Positions 11,283 through 21,784 of a stretch of 64,000 nt of DNA are shown here, piece by piece. The stretch is taken from contig CAVPSJ010000017.1 of the NCBI GenBank assembly GCA_963708295.1, forward strand, positions 192,001-256,000, written 5' to 3'. Both the position numbers and the translations under genes were made by a program. The notes under the pieces were generated by a model, which saw only the letters and a list, made by a program, of their open reading frames with translations, was not told the origin of the DNA and searched no databases. The DNA comes from an uncultured delta proteobacterium. Lineage in GTDB: Bacteria > Desulfobacterota > BSN033 > UBA1163. The stretch's first letter is position 1, and each line of letters begins with the position of its first letter.

Positions 11283-13340
11283 ATGGAGCATAAACATACA
11301 AATCGGCTGATTCACGAAACCAGCCCTTATCTCCTGCAACATGCTCATAATCCGGTGGATTGGTATCCGTGGGGAGAAGAGGCCCTGGCGCGATCTAAAA
11401 AAGAGGACAAACCGATTCTCCTCAGCATTGGCTACTCCTCCTGCCACTGGTGCCATGTGATGGAGAAGGAATCTTTCGAAAATGAGACGATTGCGGGAAT
11501 CATGAACCTGCGCTTTATTAACATTAAGGTGGACAGGGAAGAGCGACCGGACCTTGACGAACTTTATATGAATGCCGTGCAGGTCATGACAGGTTCAGGG
11601 GGATGGCCCATGACCGTCTTTTTAACTCCTGACCTCATTCCCTTTCATGCGGGAACCTATTTCCCCCCTGAAGACCGAGGGGGAATGCCGGGTCTTTCAA
11701 AAATTCTGATGGTCGTCTCCGAATATTATCATTCCCATCGTGGGGAAGTGGAGAAGATGGAGGCGCAACTGAAAAATGCCCTCCATCAGATGGCTGAACT
11801 TAATCCTTCTCAGGAGGCCGTGAGTGATAAAGCTCTGTCGAAGGCTTTTGATGCTCTTGAGAGCCAATTCGATCCAATCTATGGGGGATTCGGAAGTGCC
11901 CCCAAATTCCCGGGCAGCATGGCCCTTTCCTTTCTTCTCCGGTACTGGAGGAGCACGGGCTCAGAAAAAGCTTTGGAGATAGTGGAAAAAACACTGGAGA
12001 AGATGGCTCATGGCGGGATCTACGACCATTTGGGGGGAGGGTTCCATCGTTATTCTGTGGATCAACGATGGCTCATCCCTCATTTTGAGAAGATGCTTTA
12101 TGACAACGCTTTGCTCTCTAGAACCTATTTTGAAGCCCATCAGGCGGCTCAAAAAGTGAGATATCGTCGCGTCGGAGAGGAAATCCTCAATTATGTCCTT
12201 CGCGAAATGAAGAGTCCGGCAGGAGGATTCTACTCCACTCAGGATGCGGATAGCGAAGGTGAGGAAGGGAAGTTTTATGCATGGACAAGAGACGAGATTA
12301 AAAAAATCCTGGGCAAGGAGAAAGGGACTCCTTTTTGTGCTTATTATGGAGTGGCCACGGAGGGAAATTTTGAGGGAGGGACAAGCGTTCTCAATATCAC
12401 TTCGACTTTAGAAAATGTTTCGCAGTTATATGGAATGTCTGTTGCAGAACTAGAGAAGTTATTGGAAGAGGGACGGCAGAAACTTTATGCTGAAAGAGAA
12501 AGAAGAGTGAAACCCGGCCGGGATGAGAAGATTCTGACCTCCTGGAATGGTTTGATGATTTCCGGTTTCGTCGATGGGTTTAGAGTTACCGGAAACGAAA
12601 AATTTCTGGAAGGTGCCGTAGGAGCAGCCCGTTTCATCCTCCGGGAGATGAGGAAGGACGGCCACCTGATCAGGGTGTTTCATCAAGGGAAGTCCAGGGT
12701 GAAGGGGTATTCGGAAGATTATGCCTTTTTTATCCAGGCCCTCATCGATCTTTATGAAGCCACCTTCGAGATGGAATGGCTGAAAGAGGCAGAGGACCTC
12801 AATCAGAGAATGATTCGTCAATTCTGGGATGAGAGGAATGGAGGTTTCTTCTTCACGGGGAAAGAAAACGAATCCTTGATCACTCGATCTAAGAATCCTT
12901 ATGACAATGCCATCCCTTCGGCGAATTCCATTGGTGTGGTTAATTTGATCAGACTGGGTTATCTGACCGGAGAAGAATCTTTAAAACAGAAAGCCGAACA
13001 GATCCTCCACCTCTTCTATAACTTTCTTGACCAACATCCCTCTGGATTTGCCCAAATGCTATCGGGCCTCTCTTTCTTCTTGGATCCGCAGGAAATTGGG
13101 ATCATCGGTTCAAAGAATAATCTTAAGACAAAATCCATGCTCAAAGAAATCTATCTCGCCTACCTTCCTAATAAAATTCTGAACCTGAGGGATCCTCAAG
13201 AACCGATCGAAGGAAGTTGGTTTCCGTTTCTGAAAGAAAAAGGGAACCCAGAAGTTCCAACAACTTTTATCTGCAAAGGATCCACCTGCTTACCGCCTGT
13301 GAGGAATGAAAAAGAGTTAAAGAAGATACTGGAAAAGTAG
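11283..13340 (+). CDS. Thioredoxin domain-containing protein, YyaL/SPATA20 (DUF255) family
   Basis: [39 protein letters not shown]. Confidence 0.95.
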   Translation: MEHKHTNRLIHETSPYLLQHAHNPVDWYPWGEEALARSKKEDKPILLSIGYSSCHWCHVMEKESFENETIAGIMNLRFINIKVDREERPDLDELYMNAVQVMTGSGGWPMTVFLTPDLIPFHAGTYFPPEDRGGMPGLSKILMVVSEYYHSHRGEVEKMEAQLKNALHQMAELNPSQEAVSDKALSKAFDALESQFDPIYGGFGSAPKFPGSMALSFLLRYWRSTGSEKALEIVEKTLEKMAHGGIYDHLGGGFHRYSVDQRWLIPHFEKMLYDNALLSRTYFEAHQAAQKVRYRRVGEEILNYVLREMKSPAGGFYSTQDADSEGEEGKFYAWTRDEIKKILGKEKGTPFCAYYGVATEGNFEGGTSVLNITSTLENVSQLYGMSVAELEKLLEEGRQKLYAERERRVKPGRDEKILTSWNGLMISGFVDGFRVTGNEKFLEGAVGAARFILREMRKDGHLIRVFHQGKSRVKGYSEDYAFFIQALIDLYEATFEMEWLKEAEDLNQRMIRQFWDERNGGFFFTGKENESLITRSKNPYDNAIPSANSIGVVNLIRLGYLTGEESLKQKAEQILHLFYNFLDQHPSGFAQMLSGLSFFLDPQEIGIIGSKNNLKTKSMLKEIYLAYLPNKILNLRDPQEPIEGSWFPFLKEKGNPEVPTTFICKGSTCLPPVRNEKELKKILEK

Positions 13341-13363
13341 GGGCCGGCCTATGATTCTGTGAT

Positions 13364-13957
13364 TCATCTGATTCCTGCTCTGTCCCTGATTCTCTCGATG
13401 TCGAGCCCGTTGATCCATTGGATGAGATTTTCCCATATTCCGTGAAACCCGAATCCTCCCTGCGCCATTTCCTTCAGGGCCTCTTCCTTGCTCCAACCGT
13501 GCACGGCGACGCGGTAGAGCGCGCACATGGTTCCGGTTCGATCTGCGCCATGCTGGCAGTGGACAAGGACCGGACTCCGCTTCGGATTCATGACGATCTG
13601 CAGAAATCTTACGGCGTCCTCCTCCTCCGCATGCCATGCCTTCATATAAATGTGTTCATAGGCCAATCCGGCCTCCCCGATCTCGTCACGGTCCGAATGG
13701 AATGAACGTAGATTGACAACGGTCTCGATTCCCATGGCCTTGAGATTCTTCATGCCTTCCGCGGACGGTTGTGCGCTTCGATAGAGCATGTTGGAGACCT
13801 TGTGAAGGTTAGGAAGGCCTTCCATCTGCATCGGCACGGCCCAGTGTGCGGGACGATTGGTTTGAGGTGTTTCAGCCCCGTGGGCGGTATTGAGGAAAAC
13901 CAATGCGAAAATACTAATGGCAGCAATAACCTTCATATACTTACGATCCCTTTTCAA
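13364..13957 (-). CDS. Exported tyrosine/dual-specificity phosphatase family protein
   Basis: LYRSAQP, P-loop HCQHGADRTG; signal peptide. Confidence 0.88.
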   Translation of the reverse strand: MKRDRKYMKVIAAISIFALVFLNTAHGAETPQTNRPAHWAVPMQMEGLPNLHKVSNMLYRSAQPSAEGMKNLKAMGIETVVNLRSFHSDRDEIGEAGLAYEHIYMKAWHAEEEDAVRFLQIVMNPKRSPVLVHCQHGADRTGTMCALYRVAVHGWSKEEALKEMAQGGFGFHGIWENLIQWINGLDIERIRDRAGIR

Positions 13958-14165
13958 GGCGTTCGGAGACCCAAACCTTGATGACAGATTGTCGAGGCAC
14001 GCCTAAACGTTTTGCTTCCTTGTCTAATAAGTGGATCATCCACAAAGGAAAATCCACATTTACCCTTTTCTGCTCTTGTTTTGGTCTCCTTCCCTTTGAC
14101 ACATCAAGGTATTTTGAGATATTTTTGCCTGCATCAAACTTCTTATCAAATTCACGGGCCTTCAT
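13941..14165 (-). CDS. brnA: BrnA-type (CopG/RHH) antitoxin
   Basis: EFDKKFDAG...RVNVDFPLWMI...QSVIKVW; overlaps brnT. Confidence 0.85.
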   Translation of the reverse strand: MKAREFDKKFDAGKNISKYLDVSKGRRPKQEQKRVNVDFPLWMIHLLDKEAKRLGVPRQSVIKVWVSERLEKGS

Positions 14166-14415
14166 ACAAATCGACCTCCTCTTTTCTGGATCTTCTGGAT
14201 GAAATAATCCTGATCTTCTCGCCTCGATAGGTGATCACTGCTGACCAATGTTTCCCTGATATTTTCCCAATTACCAAATATCTTGGTTCATCGCTGGTTT
14301 TTGCAGGTATCTCAATCAAATCTGCATCGTTCCACATGGCCTGTGTTTCATGAAAATCAATCCCATGCTTTGTCTTATTGGCGTCGCTTTTCTTAGGATC
14401 GAATTCAAACTCCAT
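14152..14415 (-). CDS. brnT: BrnT family ribonuclease toxin
   Basis: MEFEFDPKKSDANKTKHGIDF ... IRIISSRR. Confidence 0.9.
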   Translation of the reverse strand: MEFEFDPKKSDANKTKHGIDFHETQAMWNDADLIEIPAKTSDEPRYLVIGKISGKHWSAVITYRGEKIRIISSRRSRKEEVDLYEGP

Positions 14416-14549
14416 TGTATAATTATTATACCTTAATTATACCTTCCGTCAATACAAGAATTCTTGCTGATTCTAAGGATTGATTCTAAATTCGATCAAC
14501 GAAATAGCTCAGCAATCCGAGTGTTGCCCGATGTCCGTTGTAGAAAGAG

Positions 14550-15168
14550 TTATGGCGTCTCTGTGGGATAGGGGATGACGATGGCCCCATGCTTGAAATT
14601 ACCGAGAACCTCTGCCTTCCCGTGCAAAAACAACTGCCCGACAAGGGCTGCGGTAACCGCATCCAGCTCATCCCCCTTCATCTTGTTATTTAGCCCTTTG
14701 AGTCTAAGCTTTTCAAGTCCTTTGCGCAGCTTCGATAACCCGTCCTGCTTCCGGCCGGTATGCCATATATCTTGCGCAGCACCTGGGTAAACTTCAATGA
14801 CTGCATAACCCCGCCGGGTGAGGACTCTTTTTAAGTGGATACCTCGCTTTGTAAGTAATCTCATCGGACCGAGCGTAATTGGAAAAAAGCGGATGCCCCG
14901 TCTCAGTAATTCGCGATCGCAGGGACGAAAATGTTCGCCGTTTTTGTCTTCTATTGTTTTGCGTCCGGGCGGCAGGTTGAGGGGGGCATCTATAGCAATC
15001 AAAGCCGGCTTCTCTTTCCCAACGTAATCAATAATCTCCTGATCCGTATGGACGATGGTACAGGAAACGATAATTTCCTTCTTCAGCGTGCAGATACCCG
15101 TGTTGCGCTTCGGACTGCCAGCAAGGTCAACACCCACAACAACCCCCTCAGTACGATTCGTTGGCCAT
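14550..15168 (-). CDS. DUF429 (RNase H-like) protein; start probably displaced by a 1-nt indel
   Basis: GVDLAG, AIDAPL, RPCD, IEVYP, DELDA motifs; ATG directly after the upstream stop is one base out of frame. Confidence 0.8.
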
Positions 15169-15738
15169 TTAAGCCTTCTTTTCTTTATAAGCATATAAGG
15201 ATAGCCCACAGTGGCGGCAGGTCTTTCTAAAACTGAATGTGGCGGCCCGACTCGTTGAACTGGTGAAGAAGCCGTAGCCACACCTCGGGCAACGGCTAAG
15301 CAGATAGCGAAAGTTGATAATAGCCAACGGAACGACCAAAACAAGTACAATCAGCCCGGGCTGGCCTATCTGGATGAATACGGGAATCAGGAGAAATGCG
15401 GCACCCAATAATGCAGCTTCTCCAACCCACATCATCCATCTTCGTCGCCGCATCACCAATAGACCGCGGCGATGCACAGCATTGACCTCATCCGGAATAG
15501 CCGTTGGATGCCACTCAAAAACAGTGTTGACGAGAGGAAGACCTCCGTAAAAGCCAAAGGCGAACCATGCACCACCAACCAAAAGACCACCCAACAAAGG
15601 AAAGAGGTCAAACGGAGAAGAACGCACCGAATCAATGGCTCCTATAATGCATGCTACACCCAGCGCCATGGAGGGATACCGAAACCAGGCTGTCAACTTA
15701 GGTCGGACTGGATATTCTCGGTTCATAAATCCATTCAA
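15169..15738 (-). CDS. Membrane protein with C-terminal zinc ribbon
   Basis: About 4 TM helices; CPRC...CRHC. Confidence 0.6.
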   Translation of the reverse strand: MNGFMNREYPVRPKLTAWFRYPSMALGVACIIGAIDSVRSSPFDLFPLLGGLLVGGAWFAFGFYGGLPLVNTVFEWHPTAIPDEVNAVHRRGLLVMRRRRWMMWVGEAALLGAAFLLIPVFIQIGQPGLIVLVLVVPLAIINFRYLLSRCPRCGYGFFTSSTSRAATFSFRKTCRHCGLSLYAYKEKKA

Positions 15739-15844
15739 GAATTAATGGATGAATTTCAGATTTGTTTTGATTTTTTTTAATCCATTTTTTACCACTTTTT
15801 GATAATGTCATAAGGTGCTTTGGGAGAAAAATTGACTCGACCCA

Positions 15845-15942
15845 CCTCCCCCTCTCCCTTGACGGGAGAGGGATGGGGTGAGGGTATATTATTCCCTTTT
15901 TGTCCCCCTCCCCTTCATCCCCTCCCGCCAAGGGAGGGGAGA
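15845..15942. repeat. Intergenic palindromic repeat pair
   Basis: CCCTCTCCC-ttgac-GGGAGAGGG and CCCCTCCC-gccaa-GGGAGGGG hairpins. Confidence 0.75.
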
Positions 15943-15990
15943 TTCTTGGAGTTATACAAACTCCGTGCACCAGCAATGTTTCTTCAAATC

Positions 15991-16036
15991 TTGACAAGAT
16001 GGGATGAAGTGTTTATCTTTATGAAAATATTTTCAT
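15991..16036 (+). promoter_or_regulatory. Sigma70 promoter with a Fur-like operator
   Basis: TTGACA-17-TATCTT, then the perfect palindrome ATGAAAATATTTTCAT at 16021-16036. Confidence 0.7.
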
Positions 16037-16053
16037 TCTATCCTTAACTTATT

Positions 16054-16500
16054 ATGAATACAGGACTTCTTAAAACCCTTTTTAGAGAGAAGAAGCTCAG
16101 TTTAAGCCATCCCAGGCTATTGATTTACCAGGAGCTTTCCAATGCCTCATCTCCGTTGAGTCCCTTGGAAATTTATCAAAACCTTCTCAAAAAGAAGAAA
16201 AAAGTCGGGTTAACCTCAATCTATCGATCTCTTGAGCTCTTTGAATCCCTGGGCATGGTCTTCAAAATCGCCTATGGTTCGAGTGTCAGATACAAGCTTT
16301 GTGAATTGGAGAATCACCACCACCATATTGTCTGCAAAGCTTGCGGGAATGTGGTCGAATTGAATTTCTGCGACATTTCGGATTGGTCGAAAAAGGTGAC
16401 CGAATCCACAGGGTATCAAGTGGTCGATCATCAACTGAATTTTTACGGGTTTTGTAAGGACTGCAGGCCCTTAGAGAGACCCCAGAGCGCAAAGAGCTAA
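16054..16500 (+). CDS. Fur family metalloregulator
   Basis: TSIYRSL, HHHHIVCKACG, YGFCKDC. Confidence 0.93.
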   Translation: MNTGLLKTLFREKKLSLSHPRLLIYQELSNASSPLSPLEIYQNLLKKKKKVGLTSIYRSLELFESLGMVFKIAYGSSVRYKLCELENHHHHIVCKACGNVVELNFCDISDWSKKVTESTGYQVVDHQLNFYGFCKDCRPLERPQSAKS

Positions 16501-16547
16501 GGTTTTCTAACGCTATGCGCCATGCCTTTTCTTAAAGGGAGGGATCG

Positions 16548-17276
16548 ATGTCCCATATTCATTTTCCAGATGGAGTCTTACCTATTTGGCTTTGGGCCTC
16601 AGGATTTGTCGTTGCCATCCTGGTCGGGGGAATTCTTCTTCGACTGACCAAGAAAGAAGAGTTGACCAGACGGCTTCCTTTGCTGGGGATGATGGCGGCA
16701 GTCATGGTCCTGGGTGCTTCGGTCGAAATTGTCCCCATCGCTTATCATGTCAACCTGACGGTCTTTTCCGGGATCTTATTAGGACCTTCTCTCATCTTTT
16801 TGGCCACATTTGTCGTCAATGTTATCCTGGCCCTTTTCGGACACGGCGGGATTACCGTCATCGGACTGAACACACTCACCCTCTCAATCGAAGGGATATT
16901 GGGATACTATTGTTTTCGATTCTTCTGGAGAGTGTTCAGGAAGCTGGCGCCTGCTATTTTCTTGGGCACCTTCATCGCCTTACTCTTCTCCACCTTCGCC
17001 ATGATCGGTGTGGTGAGTCTGGGGACATCGCATTACCAAGAGTTGATCCATCAGGAAGGGAAGGGGATCTTTGAATTCCATCTTTCAAAAGAGAAGGAGG
17101 AGCATCATCCAGGGGAAGCCCCTGAAGAGAAAGTGAATCTGAGACGGTTTATGGCGATCGTCCTTCCTTTGGGTTTCATTGGATGGATCCTGGAAGGAGT
17201 GATCACTGCATTGATCGCTCGATATATCTACCGGCTGCGGCCCGACTTACTACGTTTAGAGAAGGAAGTCCCATGA
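16548..17276 (+). CDS. cbiM: ECF transporter S component, CbiM/NikM family
   Basis: HIHFPDG N-terminus, ALFGHGGITVIGLN, ILEGVIT. Confidence 0.85.
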   Translation: MSHIHFPDGVLPIWLWASGFVVAILVGGILLRLTKKEELTRRLPLLGMMAAVMVLGASVEIVPIAYHVNLTVFSGILLGPSLIFLATFVVNVILALFGHGGITVIGLNTLTLSIEGILGYYCFRFFWRVFRKLAPAIFLGTFIALLFSTFAMIGVVSLGTSHYQELIHQEGKGIFEFHLSKEKEEHHPGEAPEEKVNLRRFMAIVLPLGFIGWILEGVITALIARYIYRLRPDLLRLEKEVP

Positions 17277-17899
17277 TCCAACTTTCATTCTTAGACCATT
17301 CAGCGGTTGAGGGAAAGAGTTTTCTCCATCGTCTCTCACCAACGCTGAAAATCATCGGGATGCTCGTCGTTTTATTCGTCATCGTCACCGTGAGGAGTCT
17401 TCCGGGACTTTTCCTCCTTTATGTGATCCTCCTCACTCTTTTTTTCATAGCGAAGGTTCCAAAGAAGATCTTTTCGCTTACGCTCTATCCTCTCGTCTTT
17501 GCCTTTCTTTTCATCTTTCTTTCGGGGTTTCAAATCTTCTTCATTCTTCTCATCTTTTTGAAGGTTCTCTGCGGGTCTACGGGTGTTGTCTTGCTTCTGG
17601 CGTCCACGCCTTATCCTTCGATCTTTTCTGTCCTGGGGAGAGTTCTTCCGTCTATTTTTGTGATGGCTCTTTTCTTGACTTACCGGTCGATCTTCATCCT
17701 CCTGACCGTCCTGGAGGAGACACAGCATGCCCTCTACCTCAGGGGAGGGGTTCAGTGGAAACATCCCTGGAGGAGTTTGATCAATATCTCAAATGGCTTT
17801 GGCCATCTCATCATCCAGGGGATTGATGCAAGTGAAAAAATGTATGAGTCCATGTTGATCCGGGGATTTAAAGGCAAGATTCATTACAGGGGAGAATAG
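17273..17899 (+). CDS. cbiQ: ECF transporter T component, CbiQ family
   Basis: SFLHRLSP, TYRSI, LRGG, MYESMLIRGF. Confidence 0.85.
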   Translation: MIQLSFLDHSAVEGKSFLHRLSPTLKIIGMLVVLFVIVTVRSLPGLFLLYVILLTLFFIAKVPKKIFSLTLYPLVFAFLFIFLSGFQIFFILLIFLKVLCGSTGVVLLLASTPYPSIFSVLGRVLPSIFVMALFLTYRSIFILLTVLEETQHALYLRGGVQWKHPWRSLINISNGFGHLIIQGIDASEKMYESMLIRGFKGKIHYRGE

Positions 17900-17901
17900 T
17901 C

Positions 17902-18750
17902 ATGAAGCAAGGGGAGATGATCGTTTTGGTGGATTGCATTACCCATGTCTATCCGGACATGACAAAGGTCCAGATTTGCGGTCTGGACTTTATTGTGAAC
18001 CGGGGGGAGAGGGTGGGGATCCTGGGAGCCAATGGCTGTGGAAAAACGACGCTCCTCAGACATCTCCTCGGAGTGCTGGTCCCGAAAGATGGGAGCGTGA
18101 TGGTTTTCGGAGTCGATCCCGGAAAGGAATATTCCAAGATTCGACAAAGGATAGGCGTGGTCATGCAGGACGTGGATGAGCAGATCCTCGGTCCCACTGT
18201 TTATGATGATATCCTCTTTGCCCCGTTGAACTACGGTGTGGAGAAGGCCAAAGCAGAAGCATTGGCCAAGACTGTGATCGAAAGGTTGAATATTGAGTCG
18301 ATCCAGGGGAAAATTGTTCATTACCTCTCCGGAGGTGAAAAGAAGAAGGTCGCCTTAGCCGGCGCACTGGTGATGTCACCCGACCTATTGATCCTGGATG
18401 AGCCCTTTACGGGATTGGATCCGAAATCAAAAAACGATCTCATCCACACCTTGAATGATTTGAACAGGGAGATGGGGGTGACGGTGATTATGACCCTTCA
18501 TGAGGTGGAGCTGGTCGCTGAGGTGACGGATATCCTTTACCTCATGCACGGGCATGGGGATCTCAGCGAGCGGGGAAGACCGGATGAGATTTTCGGAAAA
18601 TTTAAGGACCTAGAAAGGTTCAACTTGGAAGAGCCCACCCTGACGAAGCTCTTCAAGGGATTAAAAAAGGAAGGGCTCGATTTTGGAGACCCCCTCCGTA
18701 TTGACGAAGCGATCCAATTGATCAAAAAACGCTGGGAAGAAAAAAAATAG
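17902..18750 (+). CDS. cbiO: ECF transporter ATPase, CbiO family
   Basis: GANGCGKTT, LSGGEKKK, LILDEP. Confidence 0.9.
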   Translation: MKQGEMIVLVDCITHVYPDMTKVQICGLDFIVNRGERVGILGANGCGKTTLLRHLLGVLVPKDGSVMVFGVDPGKEYSKIRQRIGVVMQDVDEQILGPTVYDDILFAPLNYGVEKAKAEALAKTVIERLNIESIQGKIVHYLSGGEKKKVALAGALVMSPDLLILDEPFTGLDPKSKNDLIHTLNDLNREMGVTVIMTLHEVELVAEVTDILYLMHGHGDLSERGRPDEIFGKFKDLERFNLEEPTLTKLFKGLKKEGLDFGDPLRIDEAIQLIKKRWEEKK

Positions 18751-18866
18751 CGGAGTAATGGAAGATTGGAGTAATGGTAGAATGGGTTTAGAAAAGCAAA
18801 TATGAAGGAATGATAGTTTTCGAAAGCTTGCCCAATATTCCAGTATTCCATCACTCAAGTATTCCA
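18751..18866. repeat. Inverted array of degenerate octamers
   Basis: GGAGTAAT/GGAAGATT units mirrored by CAGTATTC/CATCACTC units. Confidence 0.65.
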
Positions 18867-18876
18867 GGTTGATAGT

Positions 18877-19902
18877 ATGAAACTGGGTAACCTTCAATTC
18901 GACCATCCTATTTTTCTGGCGCCGCTTTCGGGGATCACAGATTACCCCTTCCGGCAAATCGTAAGGGAGCACGGTTGCAGTTTGACTTTTACAGAGATGG
19001 TGAGCGCAGATGGGTTGTTGCGAAAGGGGAAATCCTTCTTAAGGATCGGAGAGAGTGAACATCCTGTTTCTGTCCAGCTCTTCGGTGCAAATCCGGAGAC
19101 CTTAGCCGAAGCTGCTCAGATCGCTGAGTCCATGGGCGCAGATGCGATTGACATCAACATGGGGTGCCCGGCGAAGCAGATCGTAGGACCCGGAGCGGGG
19201 GTTGATCTCATGCGTTCCCCGGAAAAAGTGAGAGAGATTCTTACGAAGGTGAAGAGGGCAGTCCAAGTCCCCGTGACCATCAAAATTCGTTCAGGGTGGG
19301 ATGAGGAACATATCAACGCAGTCGAGATTTCACAAATTTCAGAGGAGTGCGGCGTCGATGCCGTCTCTATCCACCCCAGGACGAAGGTTCAGGGGTACGG
19401 AGGGCGGGCAGATTGGGATCTGATTGGGAAAGTGAAGAAAGCCGTCCGCGTCCCTGTCATTGGAAACGGAGATATCACCACACCCCTGCTGGCCAGGAAG
19501 ATGCTGGAAGAGACGGGCTGCGACGGAGTGATGATCGGGAGAGCGGCATTGGGGAATCCCTGGATATTCGGTCTGAGCGCTTGGGGGCATGGGCAGGCAG
19601 AACCGGCCCCTCCCTCTCTGGGCGAGAGACAGAGAATGATTCATCATCATTTCACGCTGGTTCAGGCTTATTATGGCGAGAGATGGGCAGTGAGAAAATT
19701 TCAGAAGCACGTTTACTGGTATACAAAGGGACTCCGCGGCTGCGCCTCCTTCCACTCGAGGTTATCAGGATTAAAGGATAAGAATGGACTCTTCGAAGCC
19801 ATCGATTCCTATTTCGATTTTGTTGAAAGGAGAACCCCATGCCAATCGTTCGTGTCGACGGAAAACAGATCAGTTATTGGACGGGGAGAAAAGGTTTTGT
19901 AG
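18877..19902 (+). CDS. dusB: tRNA-dihydrouridine synthase B
   Basis: FLAPLSG, TEMVS, DINMGCP, VIGNGDI, GVMIGR. Confidence 0.93.
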   Translation: MKLGNLQFDHPIFLAPLSGITDYPFRQIVREHGCSLTFTEMVSADGLLRKGKSFLRIGESEHPVSVQLFGANPETLAEAAQIAESMGADAIDINMGCPAKQIVGPGAGVDLMRSPEKVREILTKVKRAVQVPVTIKIRSGWDEEHINAVEISQISEECGVDAVSIHPRTKVQGYGGRADWDLIGKVKKAVRVPVIGNGDITTPLLARKMLEETGCDGVMIGRAALGNPWIFGLSAWGHGQAEPAPPSLGERQRMIHHHFTLVQAYYGERWAVRKFQKHVYWYTKGLRGCASFHSRLSGLKDKNGLFEAIDSYFDFVERRTPCQSFVSTENRSVIGRGEKVL

Positions 19903-20612
19903 AAGGAAGGGAATTTATCCTGTTTATCCACGGAGCAGGGGGAGGGCAGTATACGTGGAGTTGCCAGAAAGGATTTTTTGAGAAGGAGTTCAATCCCATC
20001 CTTATCGAGCTTCCCGGCCATGGAGAATCAGGAGGAGAGGGCGAGAAAGAGATCGGAAGATATGCAGAAGAGGTCTATGCCTTTTTGCAGACGGTGGGTG
20101 TGAGGAAGGCTTTTCTCGTCGGACACTCCATGGGTGGGGCGATTGTCCAGACGTTGGCCCTGACCCATTCGGAGATCATTCAAGGGATTGTATTGGTGGG
20201 AACAGGAGCGAGGTTAAGAGTTCTTCCCTTGATCCTGGATGGGATCAACACGAACTTTGAAGAGACCATTCCTAAGATTGTCCAATTTGCCTATTCTCGA
20301 AAAGCTCCGCCGGACTTAATCAAGGACGGAGTGACCCAGATGCTGAAATGTCGGCCAGAAATCCTCCATGGCGACTTCTCGGCTTGTAACCGATTTGATG
20401 TGATGAAGGAAGTCGAGAAGATTGATCTCCCCACGCTTATCCTCTGCGGAGAGGAGGATGCGCTCACGCCCGTACTTTATTCCCGATTCCTCCATAGCCG
20501 GATCAAAGGTTCAAAACTGGAAGTCCTCCCCGATGCCGGCCATATGGTGATGATGGAATCGTCCCGGGCCTTCAATGAAAAGATCAGGGAATTCATAAAA
20601 GGATTACAGTGA
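19839..20612 (+). CDS. Alpha/beta hydrolase
   Basis: FIHGAGG, GHSMGG, AGHMVM. Confidence 0.9.
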   Translation: MPIVRVDGKQISYWTGRKGFVEGREFILFIHGAGGGQYTWSCQKGFFEKEFNPILIELPGHGESGGEGEKEIGRYAEEVYAFLQTVGVRKAFLVGHSMGGAIVQTLALTHSEIIQGIVLVGTGARLRVLPLILDGINTNFEETIPKIVQFAYSRKAPPDLIKDGVTQMLKCRPEILHGDFSACNRFDVMKEVEKIDLPTLILCGEEDALTPVLYSRFLHSRIKGSKLEVLPDAGHMVMMESSRAFNEKIREFIKGLQ

Positions 20613-20628
20613 ACCATTTAATAAAGTA

Positions 20629-20703
20629 GTCATTGCGAGGAGTCCCGCTTTGAGGGGACGACGCGGCAATCTCACGAGATTGCTTCACTTCGTTCGCAAT
20701 GAC
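20629..20703. repeat. Miniature palindromic element
   Basis: GTCATTGCGA...GCAATCTC-ac-GAGATTGC...TCGCAATGAC. Confidence 0.75.
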
Positions 20704-20845
20704 ACCACGCGGATGTCAGCTTATTTATGGCGTTCTCTGGTTAAGGGTTTGAGAATTCAAGGGGTCTGGGGGCCGAACATCTCGCCTTCCCCCTTCTACC
20801 CTCGAAGGCTCGAATCCTTGAACCCTCATCCATGGGGATAATCTT

Positions 20846-21721
20846 ATGAAACGCTGGCTGGTCGTCGAGCTTTCCATCGCGAAAGAATTCGGAGAAGCGG
20901 TCTCAAACTTTTTGATCGAACAAGGAGCCGCAGGCATCGAAGAGATCGGGGGAGATTTAAAGCGGGAGACGCTGAGGACGTATTTTCCCCAGGATGGAGA
21001 GGAAAGAAGGATTCTTTACGTCCTTCGTCGGTATTTAAAATCGGTGGAGAAGATCTCGCCTGAGATCCCGCACACACAGATCAGGACGGCATCTCTCCCT
21101 GAACAGGATTGGGGTGAGAACTGGAAGAGATTCTTTAAACCTGTTCAGGTGACGCCCCGGTTTGTGGTGAAGCCGCCCTGGTCCAAGATTCGACTCAAAA
21201 GAGGCCAGAGTTCCATAGACATCAACCCGGGGATGGCTTTTGGAACAGGAACCCATGCCACCACTCACCTTTCCATCCAGGCGCTGGAAGAACGCCTCAA
21301 AAAGAAGGGGTTTTCCGTTCTTGACGTCGGAACCGGATCGGGGATTCTTTCCATCATCGCAGCCAAATTGGGAACAAAAGAGGTTTGCGGAATAGATATC
21401 GATGGCGTGGCTGTGGAGAATGCGAGAGAGAATGTTGAGAGGAACCATGTTTCGGCCATCGTCAAGATAAGAAAAGGAAGCATCGGCGGTCTTCACAAGA
21501 AATTCGATGTCGTCGTCGCCAACATCGACCTGAAGAGTCTGAGAAGAATGAGGAAACCTCTTCTGAGCCATCTCAAGAAACGGGGCCTTCTCATCCTTTC
21601 AGGGATACTGGAGCAGGAAAAAGAAAGAATTCGTCTTCACTATCTGGGGACAAATTTCCTGCGTTGGATCAAAACCACTCAAGAGGGAGAGTGGGTGTGC
21701 CTCACCTTTAAAAAGAAATAA
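20846..21721 (+). CDS. prmA: Ribosomal protein L11 methyltransferase
   Basis: DWGENWK, NPGMAFGTGTHATT, LDVGTGSGIL. Confidence 0.95.
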   Translation: MKRWLVVELSIAKEFGEAVSNFLIEQGAAGIEEIGGDLKRETLRTYFPQDGEERRILYVLRRYLKSVEKISPEIPHTQIRTASLPEQDWGENWKRFFKPVQVTPRFVVKPPWSKIRLKRGQSSIDINPGMAFGTGTHATTHLSIQALEERLKKKGFSVLDVGTGSGILSIIAAKLGTKEVCGIDIDGVAVENARENVERNHVSAIVKIRKGSIGGLHKKFDVVVANIDLKSLRRMRKPLLSHLKKRGLLILSGILEQEKERIRLHYLGTNFLRWIKTTQEGEWVCLTFKKK

Positions 21722-21784
21722 ATAATTAGCCGATGGGTTATGGCTAATCGCTGATCGCATGATCAATAGCCGAAAGGTGATGAG

